Assembly (NCBI RefSeq): GCF_009914755.1 | Contig: NC_060943.1 | Strand: one strand, 5' to 3' | Length of the DNA stretch: 64,000 bases | Source: the human T2T-CHM13v2.0 reference genome, Homo sapiens | Program-made: the position numbers and the translations under genes | In this document: in pieces, positions 16,207-29,569 of the stretch | How the letters are laid out: the number at the start of each line of letters is the position of its first letter | Numbering within the stretch: position 1 is the first letter of the stretch | Notes under the pieces: generated by a model | Databases searched by the model: none | The model's input: the letters and a program-made list of their open reading frames with translations, nothing else | What the model was told of the DNA's origin: nothing

Positions 16207-17165
16207 CCCCACTTCCATCCTGAGGCTATTTGGTCAGTGTCAGGTTGCAAAAGACACACAACCATGAAATGTGACTTGACAGATACTCTGCAGTACTTTC
16301 ACTTTCAGATAGCTCTGGCTGAACTTGCAACCTAAATACAAATAGGATTTTGTTTCCTTTTCACTGCTAGTTATGATTTTCAAGAAATCCATGGTTTAGA
16401 GGAAAATGATTTTGTAATTTGTGCTGAATTCTGATGCATGCTATCTTGTCAGTATTTCAGATGAAAGTGATAGAAAAGACACTTGTTTATTGAGGGAGCA
16501 GTTAGCAAGCCACTCAGAGTAGATACACAATGGCCTGCCCTAAGTGAACTGGTGGGAAATAAGAGTTGCTTGATCGTTGATTTTTTATGAAAGTAGAGCC
16601 TAGGACTTTCCGTAGGTGTGAGAAAGTGTGTGATGGAAAGAGGAGGATCAGGGATGGTGTGGAGGTTTCTGACCTGAGAGAGGGGACTTGGGGACTTCAG
16701 TCCCCACATCCATCTTGAGGTTATTCACTCAGTGTCAGGTTGCATAGAACACACAACCGTGAAAGGTGACGTGACAGGTGCTCTGCAGCACTTTCACTTT
16801 TAGATAGTTCTGGCTGAACTTGTGATCTCACTAAAGATAGAAATAGATTTTCAAGAAATCCATGGTACAGAGGAAAATAATTTTGTAATTTATTGCTGGA
16901 TTCTGATGCATACTATCTCATTAGTATTTCAGACAGAAGTGATAGGAAGGACACTTACTGAGGAAGCAGTTAGCAAGACACTCAGAGTAGACACACAATG
17001 GCCTGCCCTAGGTGAACTGGCAGGAAATCAGAGTCACTCTATCCGTGGTTGGCTTACGAAAGTAGAACCATAGGACTTTCCACAGGTGTGAGAAAGCGTG
17101 TGAGGGAAAGAGGAGGATAATGGACGGCATGGAGGTTTCTGGACTGAGAGAGGGGATTTGGGGCA
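16207..17165. repeat. Diverged direct tandem duplication, two units of ~495 and ~465 bp (16207-16700, 16701-17165)
   Basis: Colinear shared blocks such as CAGTGTCAGGTTGCA, GATTTTCAAGAAATCCATGG, CACAATGGCCTGCCCTA and TAGGACTTTCC. Confidence 0.9.
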
Positions 17166-17739
17166 TGAATAACTGAGAGAGTAGCAGGGTGGGAGGGGCT
17201 GTGTCGGAGCTGAGCAGGGCTGAGTGGGAGTCATGGTCTATACTGAAAGCAGAGTAGGGATCTCATGGGGACTCTCTTCCTTCTACCTGGACCCCAAAAC
17301 TCACAGGTCCCTCCACTCAACCAGGAAAAAGAAGAGGGAAGCTCATATGCTCTTCGCCCTCAGTTCAGGAATGGGGGGTGAACCATTTCATTTCTGGAAA
17401 TGCTGAGACCCAGATTTAGCAAAGACCAATTTCCTCATTTAAAGGGTGCACCCACATGACCATGCCCTCCTCCTATCCTCCTTCCTGACTTAATGGGAGA
17501 AGTCGTGTCACAGAGGAGGGGCTGAAGCCTCAAATAATGGACAGGGCAGTCAGTACTTTTCAGAGCGTAAGTCTTGGTCAGAGATAAATAGAAGGCAAAC
17601 CCTTTGATCAGGATACACAATGACATGGCTTCATGACAGGCATGCCAAATACATTTCTGTTTGTGATAAATCATGGAGTCTGTTATAGCAGCACAACGTA
17701 GACTGAGGTGGAAGTGAAGTCCAGGAAGCTGGGCTGCAC

Positions 17740-18450
17740 AGCTCCTCATCCTCATTCCATCATTTCCATCTGTGCATTTTCCTGGTGATTCCCTGCCCCT
17801 GGCACATTCCTCACTGTCATTTCTGCTGCATCACAGTCACAGGCCTGCAAACAGAAACTGAGTCTCTTCCTGTCACCCCCTGCTCACACTGCTGGGAAAT
17901 CTTGCTAGGAAGGGCTTGGAAACAGGAATAAGGCTGGGTGTGGTGGCTCACACCTGTAATCCCAGCACTTTGGTAGGCCAAGGCAGGTGGATCACGAGGT
18001 CAAGAGATCGAGACAATCCTAGCCAACATGGTGAAACCCCGTCTCTACTAAAAATACAAAAATTAGCTGGGCCTGCTGGCATGTGCCTGTAGTGCCAGCT
18101 ACTCGGGATGCTGAGGCAGGAGATGAACCTGGGAGGAGCGGAGGCTACAGTGAGCCGAGATCGGGCCACTGCACTCCAGCCTGGTGACAGAGAGAGACTC
18201 CATCTCAAAAACAAACAAACAAACAAAGAAAAAAAAAACAGGAATAAAGCCAGAGGTCAGGACCAACAGGGACCATGTAAGTGCTGCAACTCAGACATTC
18301 ACATAGAAGACCGGACACTATTCCGAAGAGCTGTCCAGTGGGAGAAAACAATGTCACCGCTATGTGTAAGTTGAAAGGCACGGCCTTCAATAACCTCAAG
18401 TCACATAAACCGAGAAAGAAGCATAGACGATTTTATGAGATGAAAACATG
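17740..18450 (+). pseudogene. Orphan galectin promoter and exon 1 (ATG TCA CCG CTA TGT|GTAAGT, 18351-18365, MSPLC); promoter interrupted by an Alu and TATA degraded
   Basis: Colinear with LGALS13 60530-60930; CATTTAAA is replaced by CATGTAAG; homology stops abruptly at an L1 near 18455. Confidence 0.85.
17932..18235 (+). mobile_element. Alu inserted in the orphan galectin promoter, TSD AAACAGGAATAA (17920-17931 / 18236-18247)
   Basis: Full Alu with a perfect 12-bp TSD. Confidence 0.93.
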
Positions 18451-18454
18451 ATCA

Positions 18455-20823
18455 CATTGGATGAAATATTCTGTAAGTATCTATTAAATCCATTTCTTCT
18501 ATAGTAGGGATTAACGTTCTTTGTTTGTATTGTCTGGAAGACCTGTCCAATGCTGAAAATGAAACATAGAAATCTCCAGCTATTATTGTATTGGGGCCTA
18601 TCTCTCTCTTTAGTTCTAATAATATTTCCTTTATATACCTGGGTGCTCCACTCTTTGGTGCACATATATTTAAAACTGTTATATCTTCTTGCTGAGTTGA
18701 TGTCTTATTCATTATATATTGACTTTATTGTCTCTGCTTAGAGTTTTTGTCTCAAAATATATTTTGTCCAATATAAATATAGCTACACCTGTTTTGTTTC
18801 ATTTCTATTAGCATGGAACATCTTTTTCTATTTCTTTATCTTCGGTATATGTGTGCCTTTATAGGTGAAGTGTGTTTCATGTAGGCAACAGATCAATTGT
18901 TTTTGTTTTTTCATCCATTCAGCCACTCTATGTGTTTTGATTGGAGAGTCTAGTCCATTTTCATTCAATGTTTTCATTGATAATTAAGTAAAGACTTAGT
19001 CCTGCCATTTTGGTGTTTGATTTCTAGCTGTATTTTGGTCTTCTCTTCCTTTGTTTCTTACTATCTTTCCTTACTGAAGATAATTTTGTCTGGCGATACA
19101 ATTTAGTTTCTTGCTTTTTATGGTTTGTGTTTTTTTTTGTGAATCCATTGTATGTTTTCTGGTTCAAGGTGACCATGAGGCTTGCAAATACTATTTTATA
19201 ACCCATTATTTTAACATGATAGCTACTTAACACCCTTTACTTAAAAAAAACAAGCAACAAGAAAACTTATAGAAACTCTATACTTTAACTTCATCCCCCC
19301 GCCTTTTAACTTTTAGTTATTTCTGCCTATATCTTATTTTACTGTGTATATCTTCAAAAGTTGCAGTTATTATTATTATTATTGGTTCATTGTTTAGTCT
19401 TTCTATTTAGGAAATGAGTAGTTTACACATCACGGTTACAGTGTTATAATATTGTGTGTGTTTCCACTAAAAAATCTGCTGCCAGGTGTATTGCAGCTGC
19501 ATTGTATGCTATTTTTTTTCTTTGGGGCTTGCAGGATTTTTTCTTTGCTCTTGACCTTTGAAAGTTTGATTATTAAGTAGCTTGAATTAGTCTTCTTTGG
19601 GTTAAATTGTCTTGGTGTTCTATAACCTGCTTGTACTTGGATATTGATCTCCTTTTCCAGGTTTGGGAAGTTCTCTGTTATTATTCTTTTAAATAAACTT
19701 TCTACCACTATTTCTTTCTCTACTTTTTCTTTAAGGCCAGTAACTCTTAGGTTTGCCTTTTTGAAGCTATTTTTCTAGATCCTATAGCCATGTTTCATGG
19801 CTTCATTGTTTTTTACTCCTTCTTCTTTTGTCTCCTCTGGCTGTGTGTTTCAAATAGCCTGTCTTCAAGCTCACTAATATTTTCTTCTGCTTGATCAATT
19901 CTGCTGTTAAAAGACTGATGCATTATTCAGTATGCCAATTGCATTTTTGTATTTTATTTTGCTTTATGTTCTGGGATACATGTGCAGAACATGCAGGTTT
20001 GTTTCATAGGTAAACATGTGCCATTGTGGTTTGTTGCACCTATGAACCTGTCACCTATGTATTAAGCTCCACATGTATTAGCTGTTTGTCTTGATGCTCT
20101 CCCTCTCTTTGCCCCCACCAACAGGCCCCAGTGTGTATTGTTTCCCTCTCCGTGTCTGTGTGTTCTAACTGTTCAGCTCCCATTTATGAGTGAGAACGTG
20201 CAGTGTTTGGTTTTCTGTTCCTATGTTAGTTTGCTGAGGATGATGGCTTTGAGCTTCATCCATGTCCCTGCAAAGGGCACGATATCATTCCTTTTTATGG
20301 CTCCATTTCTCAGCTCCAGAACTATTGTTTGAGTCCTTTTAATTATTTTAAACTTTTCGGTTAACTTATCTAATAAAATTCTGAATTCCTTCTCTGTGTT
20401 ATCTTGAATTTATTTGAGTTTTCTTAACACTGCTAAATTAAATTTCCTGTCTGAAAGGTCTCTGCTTCTCCCTGGTGCTTATTTAGTTTATTTGGGGAGA
20501 TCATGCTTTCCTGGATAGTGTTGACACTAGCAGATGTTCTTCAGTGTCTGATCATTGAGTAATTAGGTATTTAGAGTGGTCTTCACTGTCTAGGCTTATT
20601 TGTACCTGTCCTTTTTTTGAAGGCATACCAGATATTCCAAACACTTGAATGTTTTGATTTAAGCTGTATCTCCTTTGGGGTGAACTAAAAACCAGTAATG
20701 TTGTGATTCTTGCAGACTCATACAGTTACCACCTTGATGATCTTGGACAAGTTCCAGGATAATTCTCTGGATTACAATGCGGAGACTTTTGCCCTTTTCC
20801 CTTTCTTTCTCCCCCCAAAAAAA

Positions 20824-20868
<45 letters not shown>

Positions 20869-22367
20869 GAGACACCTAAAGCTGGGGATAGACTAATAAA
20901 AGCACCGTTGTGGTCACCACCACTATGACTGGGTCAGACCTGAATCCAGTATAGCACTGGATCTCACTGAAGGCCTTCTGTATCCACTCCCTGGTTGCAA
21001 CCTAAGTTCACTCAAGGCCCTGGGACTCTGGAAGCAGCAGATGGCAGAGCAAGCCAGGTCTGTGTGCATTCCTTCAGGGCGGTGAGTTCCCCTAGGCCTT
21101 GGGTGGGTCCAGAGGTGCCACCTGAAAGTTGGGGACTAAAGTCAAAAACCTTAGAAGTCTGTATGGTGCTTTTATTTTACTGCAGCAGAGCTGGCACTCA
21201 AACCACAAGATGCAGTTCTTCCCACACTCCTCTTTCCAAAGGCAGTGGTCACCCCATAACCATTGCCACAATGAAGAGTATGGCCAGACTACCACAGATG
21301 TTTCCTTAAGGCCCACAGTCTCTTAAGTCAACTCATAGTGAATGCTGCCAGGCCCAGGACTCATTCCACAGGGCAATGAACTCCGTCTGGCCCAAAGCAG
21401 GTAAATAGATGTCATCCAAGAACCAAGTCCCTGAATTAGGGGTCCCAAGAGCCTGCTTGGTGCTCTACTCCCTTGTGGCCATGCAGGTACCTAAGGTGCA
21501 AGATGAAGTCCCTTTTGCTTTTTTCTCTGCTTTTACCAAGCAGAAAGAGTTTTTCCTCATAGCCACCACAACTGGTAATGTGCTGTGTCCCATCTGAAGC
21601 CAGCAGATCTTAGAAGCTCATCCAAGACCCTCAGCATAGTACCTGGGTATTGCTGATACCATTAGCAGGTGATAACTCTCCTCTCCTCAAGTGAAAGGAA
21701 GGGGTCTCTTTTAGAGCCACAGACTGTGCATCCTGGAGTTAAGTGAGGGGTAAAGCCAGCACTCCATTAGTCACCAAAGCTGCTGTCTCAGTAAGTCACC
21801 TGACCCCCTCTTCACCAGTCCATTGTCTCTGGGCCCAGTTCAACCCCATGACTCACCTAAGAATTTCTGGCCTTATGGCCTAGACTGCCTTTTAAGCTTA
21901 CTTGAAAAACCAGAGTACCGTAGCTCTCACTGGCAAGGTTTGCAGGAACTCAAGTTTCAACCGCTGGGATCAGGGATTTTCCTCTGGCTAAGCCTGGCTT
22001 AAATGCTCCCTCCATTGGTGTGTGTCAGCTGAGTTTGATCCAATTTGCCTTTCTTCTGTAACAGGACAGCAATGACTTCAATACCTCACAATTGCTGTGC
22101 TCTCCTCCCTCCAGTACCCCAGTACCCAGAGACTCTGTACCACATTCCTGCTGCCTGGATGAAGGACTGGCATTGGCAATTCAAGACGTTTTTTTCTATC
22201 TCTTCAGTGATATAGAGTTAAAACCAGGTATCTATGAGGATTCACCTGCTTTTGGTTTTTATGAAGGTGTTTTTCTTGTGTAGATACTTGTTAAATTTAT
22301 GTCCTTGAGGCGTGGGGGTAAGATTGGTGGAGCACTCTATTGTGCCATGTTGCAAGGTCTCCCCAAT
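18455..22367 (-). mobile_element. 5' half of an L1 (5'UTR, ORF1, ORF2 endonuclease start; L1MA-like) with a nested L1PA 3' fragment ~19945-20305
   Basis: ORF 19436..19708 (ENFPNLEKEINIQVQ, ORF1) and ORF 18452..18712 (ITVLNICAPKSGAPRYIKE, endonuclease). Confidence 0.88.
20826..20864. repeat. (GT)n microsatellite
   Basis: Read directly. Confidence 0.97.
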
Positions 22368-24439
22368 TTAAATTTTCATGAAATCCAGTTTATCTGTTTT
22401 TTCTTTTGTTTCTTGTGCTTTTGGAATCATATCCAAGAAATCGTTTTAAGATCCTATGTCATGAAATATTCTTCAATGTTTTTTCTAAAAATATTAAAAT
22501 TCTAGGTCTTACATTTATTGTTTGATACATTTTGAGTTAATTCTTGTATGTGGCTTATGGTAAGGTCCCAACTACATCCTCATGCATGTGTATATCCAGT
22601 TTCCCCAAAATCACTGGTTGAAATGAGGGTCCTTTCCCAAAAGGGTGTCCTGGCACATTTATTGAATCTCAACTGACCACCTATGTGCATGTTTACTTTT
22701 TGGCTATCCTTTATATTTGATTGATTTCTAAGTCTGTCCTTAAGCCAGCACCACATTGTTTTGATTACTGTAGTTTTAAAGTGGTTATATTTGGGACACA
22801 ATAAAACAGGCACTGGCAAAGTCACTTTTAGGCTTTACACATCTTGGATTTGTCTTTGTTATTTTTTCAGGAGTCATATAAATACTATTCCTCATCATTA
22901 TGCCTATATCTTGAGAAGTAAAGACACATGCCCTAATCAGCTGTGCTGGGGAATAGGTCACCATGAGATAGAAGACACTTCTCAGTGTCCAGGAAACACT
23001 TCTTGGTCTCTTTCTTCCCATGGCATGACTCCCATCTCAACTCACACCCCCCATACTACACTTTTTGTTGTCACCAACACAGAGTCATTGAGTGAAGCTT
23101 AGATTCTGTTTTCAGTTCCCTCTAGTTCACTAGCCTCAAAACATTCAATGCTGAGCAGAAGGTGAGTGCCTGTTGTAGGCTGGACCACCTTGCAAAAATG
23201 CTGCTTATAAAAATAATTTCTGTCTTCCTGGCCCGAGTCAGTCCTTCACTTCCATCTATGTGCAGCCTGTTTTGCTGCTGGAACCGACTGACTAATTTAT
23301 AACAAATAGTAATTTATTTGGCACAATTCTGGAGGCTGGAATATCCAGGAACATACTGTTGGCATCTGTCCAGGGCCTTTGTTTTGCATCATCTCATAGT
23401 AGAAGGAGGAATGACAAGGAGTGAGATCAAGAGAGCAAGATAGGGCCAAACTTGCTTTTATAATAAACTTACTCTCACAATAACTAACCCAATTCAGTAA
23501 AAATGACATTGATCTAATAATGCAGAGCCCTTATGACATAATCACCTCTTATTACACCCCACCTCAAAACACGTGGATTGGATATTACATTTTTAACACA
23601 TGAACTTTGCGGCACAGATTCAGACTATAGCAGCCACAAAGGGAGATGAAGGAAATATCACAAAAATCCAGAAGAAACGATGTCTTCTCACTTCCTCCAG
23701 CTATAACTGGGCACATTTGCTCACACAATCATTTCTGTATTCTCTTCACACACACATATGTTGAACATCCTCTCTGTGCCTGGTCCCATGAAGTTGACAC
23801 CCCCCAACTCCCTCATCAATGTTTCTCTCCACACTGAATAGAAATTCACATTGAATTTTCATGAGTGATAGACACTTAGTATTCACTCTTTATTCCATTT
23901 AACAGTTAGCTTATGTTGTCAAAAGATGATTAACGCACTTTCCTCTTTTTTGAGCTTCCCAAGACTCAAAGATGTCTTCAGAACAAAGTGTAAATCTTTT
24001 ACATTGGCATCCAGGTTTTTCTAATAGAAACCTAGCCTCTAGGATACTTCCAAGAACTTCTTAACTCATTCTGTGCTCCCTAAAAATAACCTATTAATGT
24101 GGCAGCAAAAGCATGTTGTGGCATATCTCTTTTGTTTTTGATACTGTTTGCCACTTTTGTTTAATTCTTACCTCCTCTCCATATAGATAGAACATACAAG
24201 TATTTTAATATTCAGAATAATTTCCACCTCTTATTGAATTACACCCAAGGTTATGTTGTGTCTATTTAGGGGGAAATAATAAGATTTTAATAATTATTTT
24301 GTGACCCATATATGGACTACTAACAAAAATTGAGTTTTTCTCCTATCTTAAACTCTGTAGCATTAAAACTCATGCTAGCAAAATGAATAATAAATTTTGG
24401 TCTGAAAATCCAAAGTGAATTCTGGCTGCATCTGTTATA

Positions 24440-26570
24440 GAGATTTGGAGCTATAATTCATCAAAAACGAAACAACACCTCTTTCTTACTCTGTCTTCTT
24501 GGCCCCTCACTTGCAAATAGATGCACCGATGTTCAGCACCATGAACAGTGCCACCGAGGTTTATTTTTAAAAACCACTTTAGGGGACTTGGGCATCAAGG
24601 TTAAAAGTGTCACAGAGTAGATTTATTTTTGGGGGGTCTTCAGCAATAACTGGAAAGATTTAAAGACCTTTTAGAAAGGAAGGCTTTAGAGTTCAGAAAT
24701 GACTTTTTGTTTTTTGAGCAAAGCCCTATTTGCTGGGAGAACATCAGGAATTTTGATTGAGGAGGGGAGAGAAAGTTTTGGAGTGGGTCACCAGAGCCAA
24801 TTCAAATACCGTTTGTTGAACACTGGTTCCTGAACTCTATGTTGTCTCTTTGTATCTGAGGCATGATTCCTGCCCACTATGAGCACAGAGTAGTATCTGA
24901 GATAAAGATGAGCGTAACCAATGGACAAAGCACTCAACTGAGCTGATGAATATCATTCAAGAAAGGGCAGTCACCGTGTGCTTGTATAGAAAAGCCAACA
25001 CGTAGGACTGTGTAGGTTATTCAAATGCAATAGCCACCAGCCAAGGGGCAAGTCGATATGAAATCAAAGGCATTTTCTGCTCAGCAAGCCATGGGTCCCA
25101 GGATAATTTTAATCTACTCAGAGCAAGAATTGCTTAATTCCAGAAGAAATTAATTCCATGCTAGTGAAGGGGCCTATGATCCATTATCAAAATATAAAAG
25201 TTACCTAGACTGAGAAAGGGAAGGTGTACAAAGAAGAGTGTACCTATTGAAAACCCAAGAGATTCCAGTGAGAGAGGAGGGAATTTTATTCCATACAGGA
25301 ATGGAATGAGGGAGAAAGGTGTGCAGAGCATGATTAGCTGTGCATTGGCACCTCAAGGTATCTGGATGTTAGGTTAAAGATGAGTAAGGAGAGAATCATA
25401 CCCATGAGTAGGGTTGAAGTTGAAAGAGCTATTGCAATGAACATGGGGAGAGAGGATGTGGAGGATCAAAATGATGCCTGAGATGAGCCCGGTGGAAGAG
25501 AGGCCATTTGGTGGAACCCTCACCAATTTGAATTCACTAGTTTTTAGGCAATACGTTGTTTCTCCTAAGTGGTTCTCCAGATGTTCAGTGAAGCAGATAA
25601 TCATAGCTCTTGTAGAGGGAATAGGACTGTGATTCTGCCATCTTGGTGGGAATTCTGAGAAGTTGAGAATGGAGGGTGGAGCCAATTGCTGCAGACAAAC
25701 ATTCCCAGAAGAAAAGAATTTAGGCATCTGGCTGGTTTCAGCAATGACATAAACCAGTGACTACTGTCTATTTTCTGTTGACACTATAAAATAAATATGT
25801 TCATTGCATTTTTCCTATGTTCGTTTCAGTATTGTGTGTTTGATTTGTATAGGGCAGATAATTTATTCCTTTAGTGAACATGTTGTGAGAAAGTGCACCT
25901 GATAATTTGTACTCACCTCAGGAACACCAGGTCCTGAGTTAGATAATAAAACAATAAACTTCACTCTGAGTCTGTTCCTCTATTGCATTGGTTTCTGGGA
26001 TTATTTAGAAGGTAAGTGTTTTGGGGATGTGGGAAGTGTATGAGCCAGTGGGGGCTAAGTGGAACTCATTTTCAAAAATGTCCCATGATAATGACAAGTC
26101 AAAATAACCACAGCTTGTGTAGTTCCCTCCCCTTAGTTTGGGCTTTCTGTGTGACAGTTTGATCAATATAATGCCATAGAAGTCACACTGTCTGCCTTTC
26201 AAAGCTAAGGCCTATGATGCCTCGCACCTTCTTCATGAGACTTTTGGAAGGCTTTTTTTTGGTGGAAGCCAATCATTGATCATGAGTTGAGGAAATTCAA
26301 GGCACTAATGTGGAGATGAGTTAGGAAAGGAAATAAACAACCAGCCCCCAGGTGTTCAGCCACACTAGTGTTGAGTTGGACATGAGTGAAGCATCTTCTG
26401 AAATCTCTGACTGTAGATCTTTCTGAAATCGAGACACCCACCACATAATCTGTCACCTACCTGAGTCCACTAAACCTACAAAGCTGGGAGAAATCAGAAT
26501 AAATGATCTAAGCCAACAGGTGTTGGGAGGTTGCCTGTGCCGCAATACCAACAGTAACAGCAGCAAAGCA
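24440..26570 (+). mobile_element. Galectin 3'-flank block ending in MaLR/MLT1-like LTR sequence; paralogous in inverted orientation to 46300-48890 and 55120-57750
   Basis: MLT1-like core (CCCTCCCCTT...GGGCT...GTGAC...GATCAATATAATG...AGAAGTCACACTGT); colinear reverse-complement similarity to the C and D flanks. Confidence 0.6.
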
Positions 26571-27181
26571 GAATCTGTTTACTGTGTTCATGTGCATGAA
26601 TTGTGTCCATTCCACCAATAAACCACTTATTTTGTGATATAAAACAATGACCATTGGTTTACAAAGAGAAATCTCAGGATTCTGCCCACATAAAATGGAA
26701 AAATCTGAAAATTCTTTCGGGAAAAAAAGGATTCTTTAAAGGGAATCATTGAACGGTGATTCTATCGCTTGGATTGAAAACTTCAGATGTAAACATTTCA
26801 ACTTTTTCTTTCAGTGTCTTCAGTGCATCTCACACAAATCTAGGCAGTTTCAAGACACAAGAAACACTCTTAGGATGAGTGAAGAATTAAGATATTTCAC
26901 CTAGCTTTCCTCAAATTACAAAGTCTCTCCCCAAAGCCAATTATGCCTGTATGTTTGTAAACAGGTACCTAACATTTCACTGCAATCAGTCATCTAAAAT
27001 GAAAGAATTTTGGTTCAGAGTGTGTGACGTAAAGTACGGGCTGTAGAGGATGTTGTTTGTTTTGTCATCTCAGACATTCCAGTGGTCTTGTGACTCACTG
27101 CCTGTTTCACTTGTGTCCTTGTGCCACTTTGTCTTTTTCCCCATTAAAGTAAGAACCAGATCCTGGATAATTTAGTGAAGT

Positions 27182-29059
27182 TTTAATGACCAAGTGTAGA
27201 GGAAGGTGTGAGGAGAGATCGTTCTGTTAGCAGGCTCTGGGATACCACAGTCATGGAGAAATGGGGAGTTTCTGTTGCTCCTTAACAGCAGGGAGTGTGG
27301 ACATCACCCTAAATCACAGACACACAGTGAGGTCAGGAAGACATCCCACCACACTTGCACCATCTTCACGTAACATAGTGGGAGTTGATAGGCAAAGCTG
27401 TAACACTGTTTGCCATTTACCATTACCTGCAAGAGGAAAAATGCATCAGAAATACAGCATGCCACAAAACAAGCTATCAGCCATAGTGCCTATAGTAACC
27501 AACCAGAAAACTCCCAATTATACATCAGAAACCAGTAGACATACTTCTATCTACAGACTACCTTTGTGCCTATTTCAGACATTCATTCATTTTATTTCCA
27601 ATGTTTCCTCTCATTAGTCCGGAAGTTCCGCCACTCTGTGTCACACAGTTCCTGTTTCCTCAGCCTCTTCTCTAGCCTGGAATATGCCATACTCTGTGTC
27701 ATGAACTTGAATCCTTGCATCTTCTACAGGGGTTCACACAGGGTTAGTGATCAACAATGTTCATTGAATGTATAGTTTTCAGTTATACAGACTGTGACTG
27801 CCATTCACCACTGATGGCCTACTTTCTCTTTGGAGTTGCCCAGGGCTGCCAAGCAGGTAGCAAGGAATGAAATCCAAGTGTTTTTAGAGAAAAAGAACAG
27901 AATAGGTATTGCAAAACATAATATATTATTTTGAACAACTGATAGGCATATGAAATCTGAACAAAATGTTAACCTTTGGCTTTACCCATTTGAAAAGATC
28001 AGGAAGGTTGGAAATATTATTTATTACTAAAGCTATAAAACAGTCAATTTTCAGATGTTAATTTATAATATTTAAAATGCATACAATTTTGAGCCAGTTA
28101 TTTCATTTCTTTGTAATTATTCTTTAATACAACTACTGGGAATTTGATTTAAAAAAGTTGATTAGAAAGCTTAATACAGCATCATTTGTGAGAGCAAAAT
28201 ACTGGAAACAGCCTAAATGTCCATCAAAAGAGTCAAATTCAATAATTTTTGATAACCATTCTACAGGAATATTATGCAGTGTTTAAAAACTGAGGCAGCA
28301 CCATGAATAGATGACTTTGCAAAATACAGTGTTTGACAACCAGTCCAGTCCAATTCCTAAAGTACATTTGTTCAGAAAGAAAAGAAAACATAGATCTGTA
28401 TATTTCTGTAAACAGATTATCTCCATAATTTGAGTAGAGAAGCCAGTAATATTATTGTACTGGGGAATAAAATTGGGGCTCAATACTGAGGGAAAGACTA
28501 AATTTTGGGCTCACTGAAACTATTTTATTTACATGCAGATTTTCTCCATTTTGGATAAATGAAAATATATAAGTAACATCATCACTAGAAATGAGCACTA
28601 TGGGAAAAAACAGAGGAGATTCTTCACGTTGGGGGAAATGACAGGTGAGATGACCTTGATCCTGGTCAAATTTGGGAAAATAGCTGAAGATGGCAGTGCA
28701 AGCAGAGGGTGCTCTGTGATGAAAAGTCTGGAGCAGGAGCAGTTATGGGAGATGGGCCCCAAGGGACTCTTGGGGCCAGCTTACAGAGAGCTGCCTCCTG
28801 CTCTGGGAGCCGAGAGAGGTCAAACACTGAAAGCCCCTGGGATACTCACCTGGTACTCATTGTCCAGCTCTGAGATGTGCAGGTCAAATTGTTTGCCATC
28901 CTTAAAGGGCATACCTTCAGATTTTCCTTAATGCTTCCAGGCTCCACACACATGCTGTTCATGACCACCCAATTGCCAAAGTACACTCCAAAGTGGAAGG
29001 CAATGTCTGACTTCTTATCTATCCCGGTGTGGAAATCAACCTGCAGCTGTGGGTCCTTG
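27182..29059 (-). pseudogene. Galectin pseudogene copy B: exon 3 28850-29059 (210 nt, 1-nt deletion plus TAA), exon 4 27304-27426, ATTAAA 27182-27187; no exon 2
   Basis: Reverse-complement translation [35 protein letters not shown] then a frameshift; exon 4 VMVNGKQCYSFAYQLPLCYVKMVQVWWDVFLTSLCVCDLG*. Confidence 0.9.
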
Positions 29060-29569
29060 CTGAGGTCAAAGCACACAGCATGTTGGACAGGTCCCTTCTG
29101 TATAGGGCACACACAGGACACACACACAAATCTCTTCCCACCTTTCCCAGGACAGACAGAAGCCTTCCCGGTGACACTGCAGGCCTCATCCCTGCAGGAC
29201 TGCTTCAGCTTCTTGTTCCCTCATGCAGGGATATGCTCTGCCCCTCATCCCCAGATGGAAACTGAGCCACAGTCACTGACCTGAGGCTATGAGTTGTCTA
29301 TTCTCTGAGAACTCTATACTCCTTGATAGAAGTGTCAGTGGCAGATAGAGATCCTCTTGGAAACTTTGGCAGGTCCCTATAGGTGAGTCATAGCACAGAT
29401 CCGGAAAATGTGGAGCAAAGACATGCCATCCTTTGTGGATAACCTCTCTCCATTTGAGAAAAAGCATTTGCCTTGCTACTGGGCCTTAATAGAGAGTGAA
29501 TACTTAACCATGGCCTCCAATTTTCTGTGAATCCTGGCTTCTGTCAAGAATCAGGTATGACCCACCATA

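Noticed and set aside
16207-17165. Tandem unit as a CRISPR-like array or satellite
   Set aside because: Only two long diverged units, no repeat-spacer structure, eukaryotic context
24440-25780. Possible hidden coding sequence in the repeated 3'-flank block (ORFs 25374..25727, 56895..57122, 47406..47684)
   Set aside because: Frames are not conserved among the three paralogous blocks and no protein family was recognised; a tBLASTx/Dfam search would settle it
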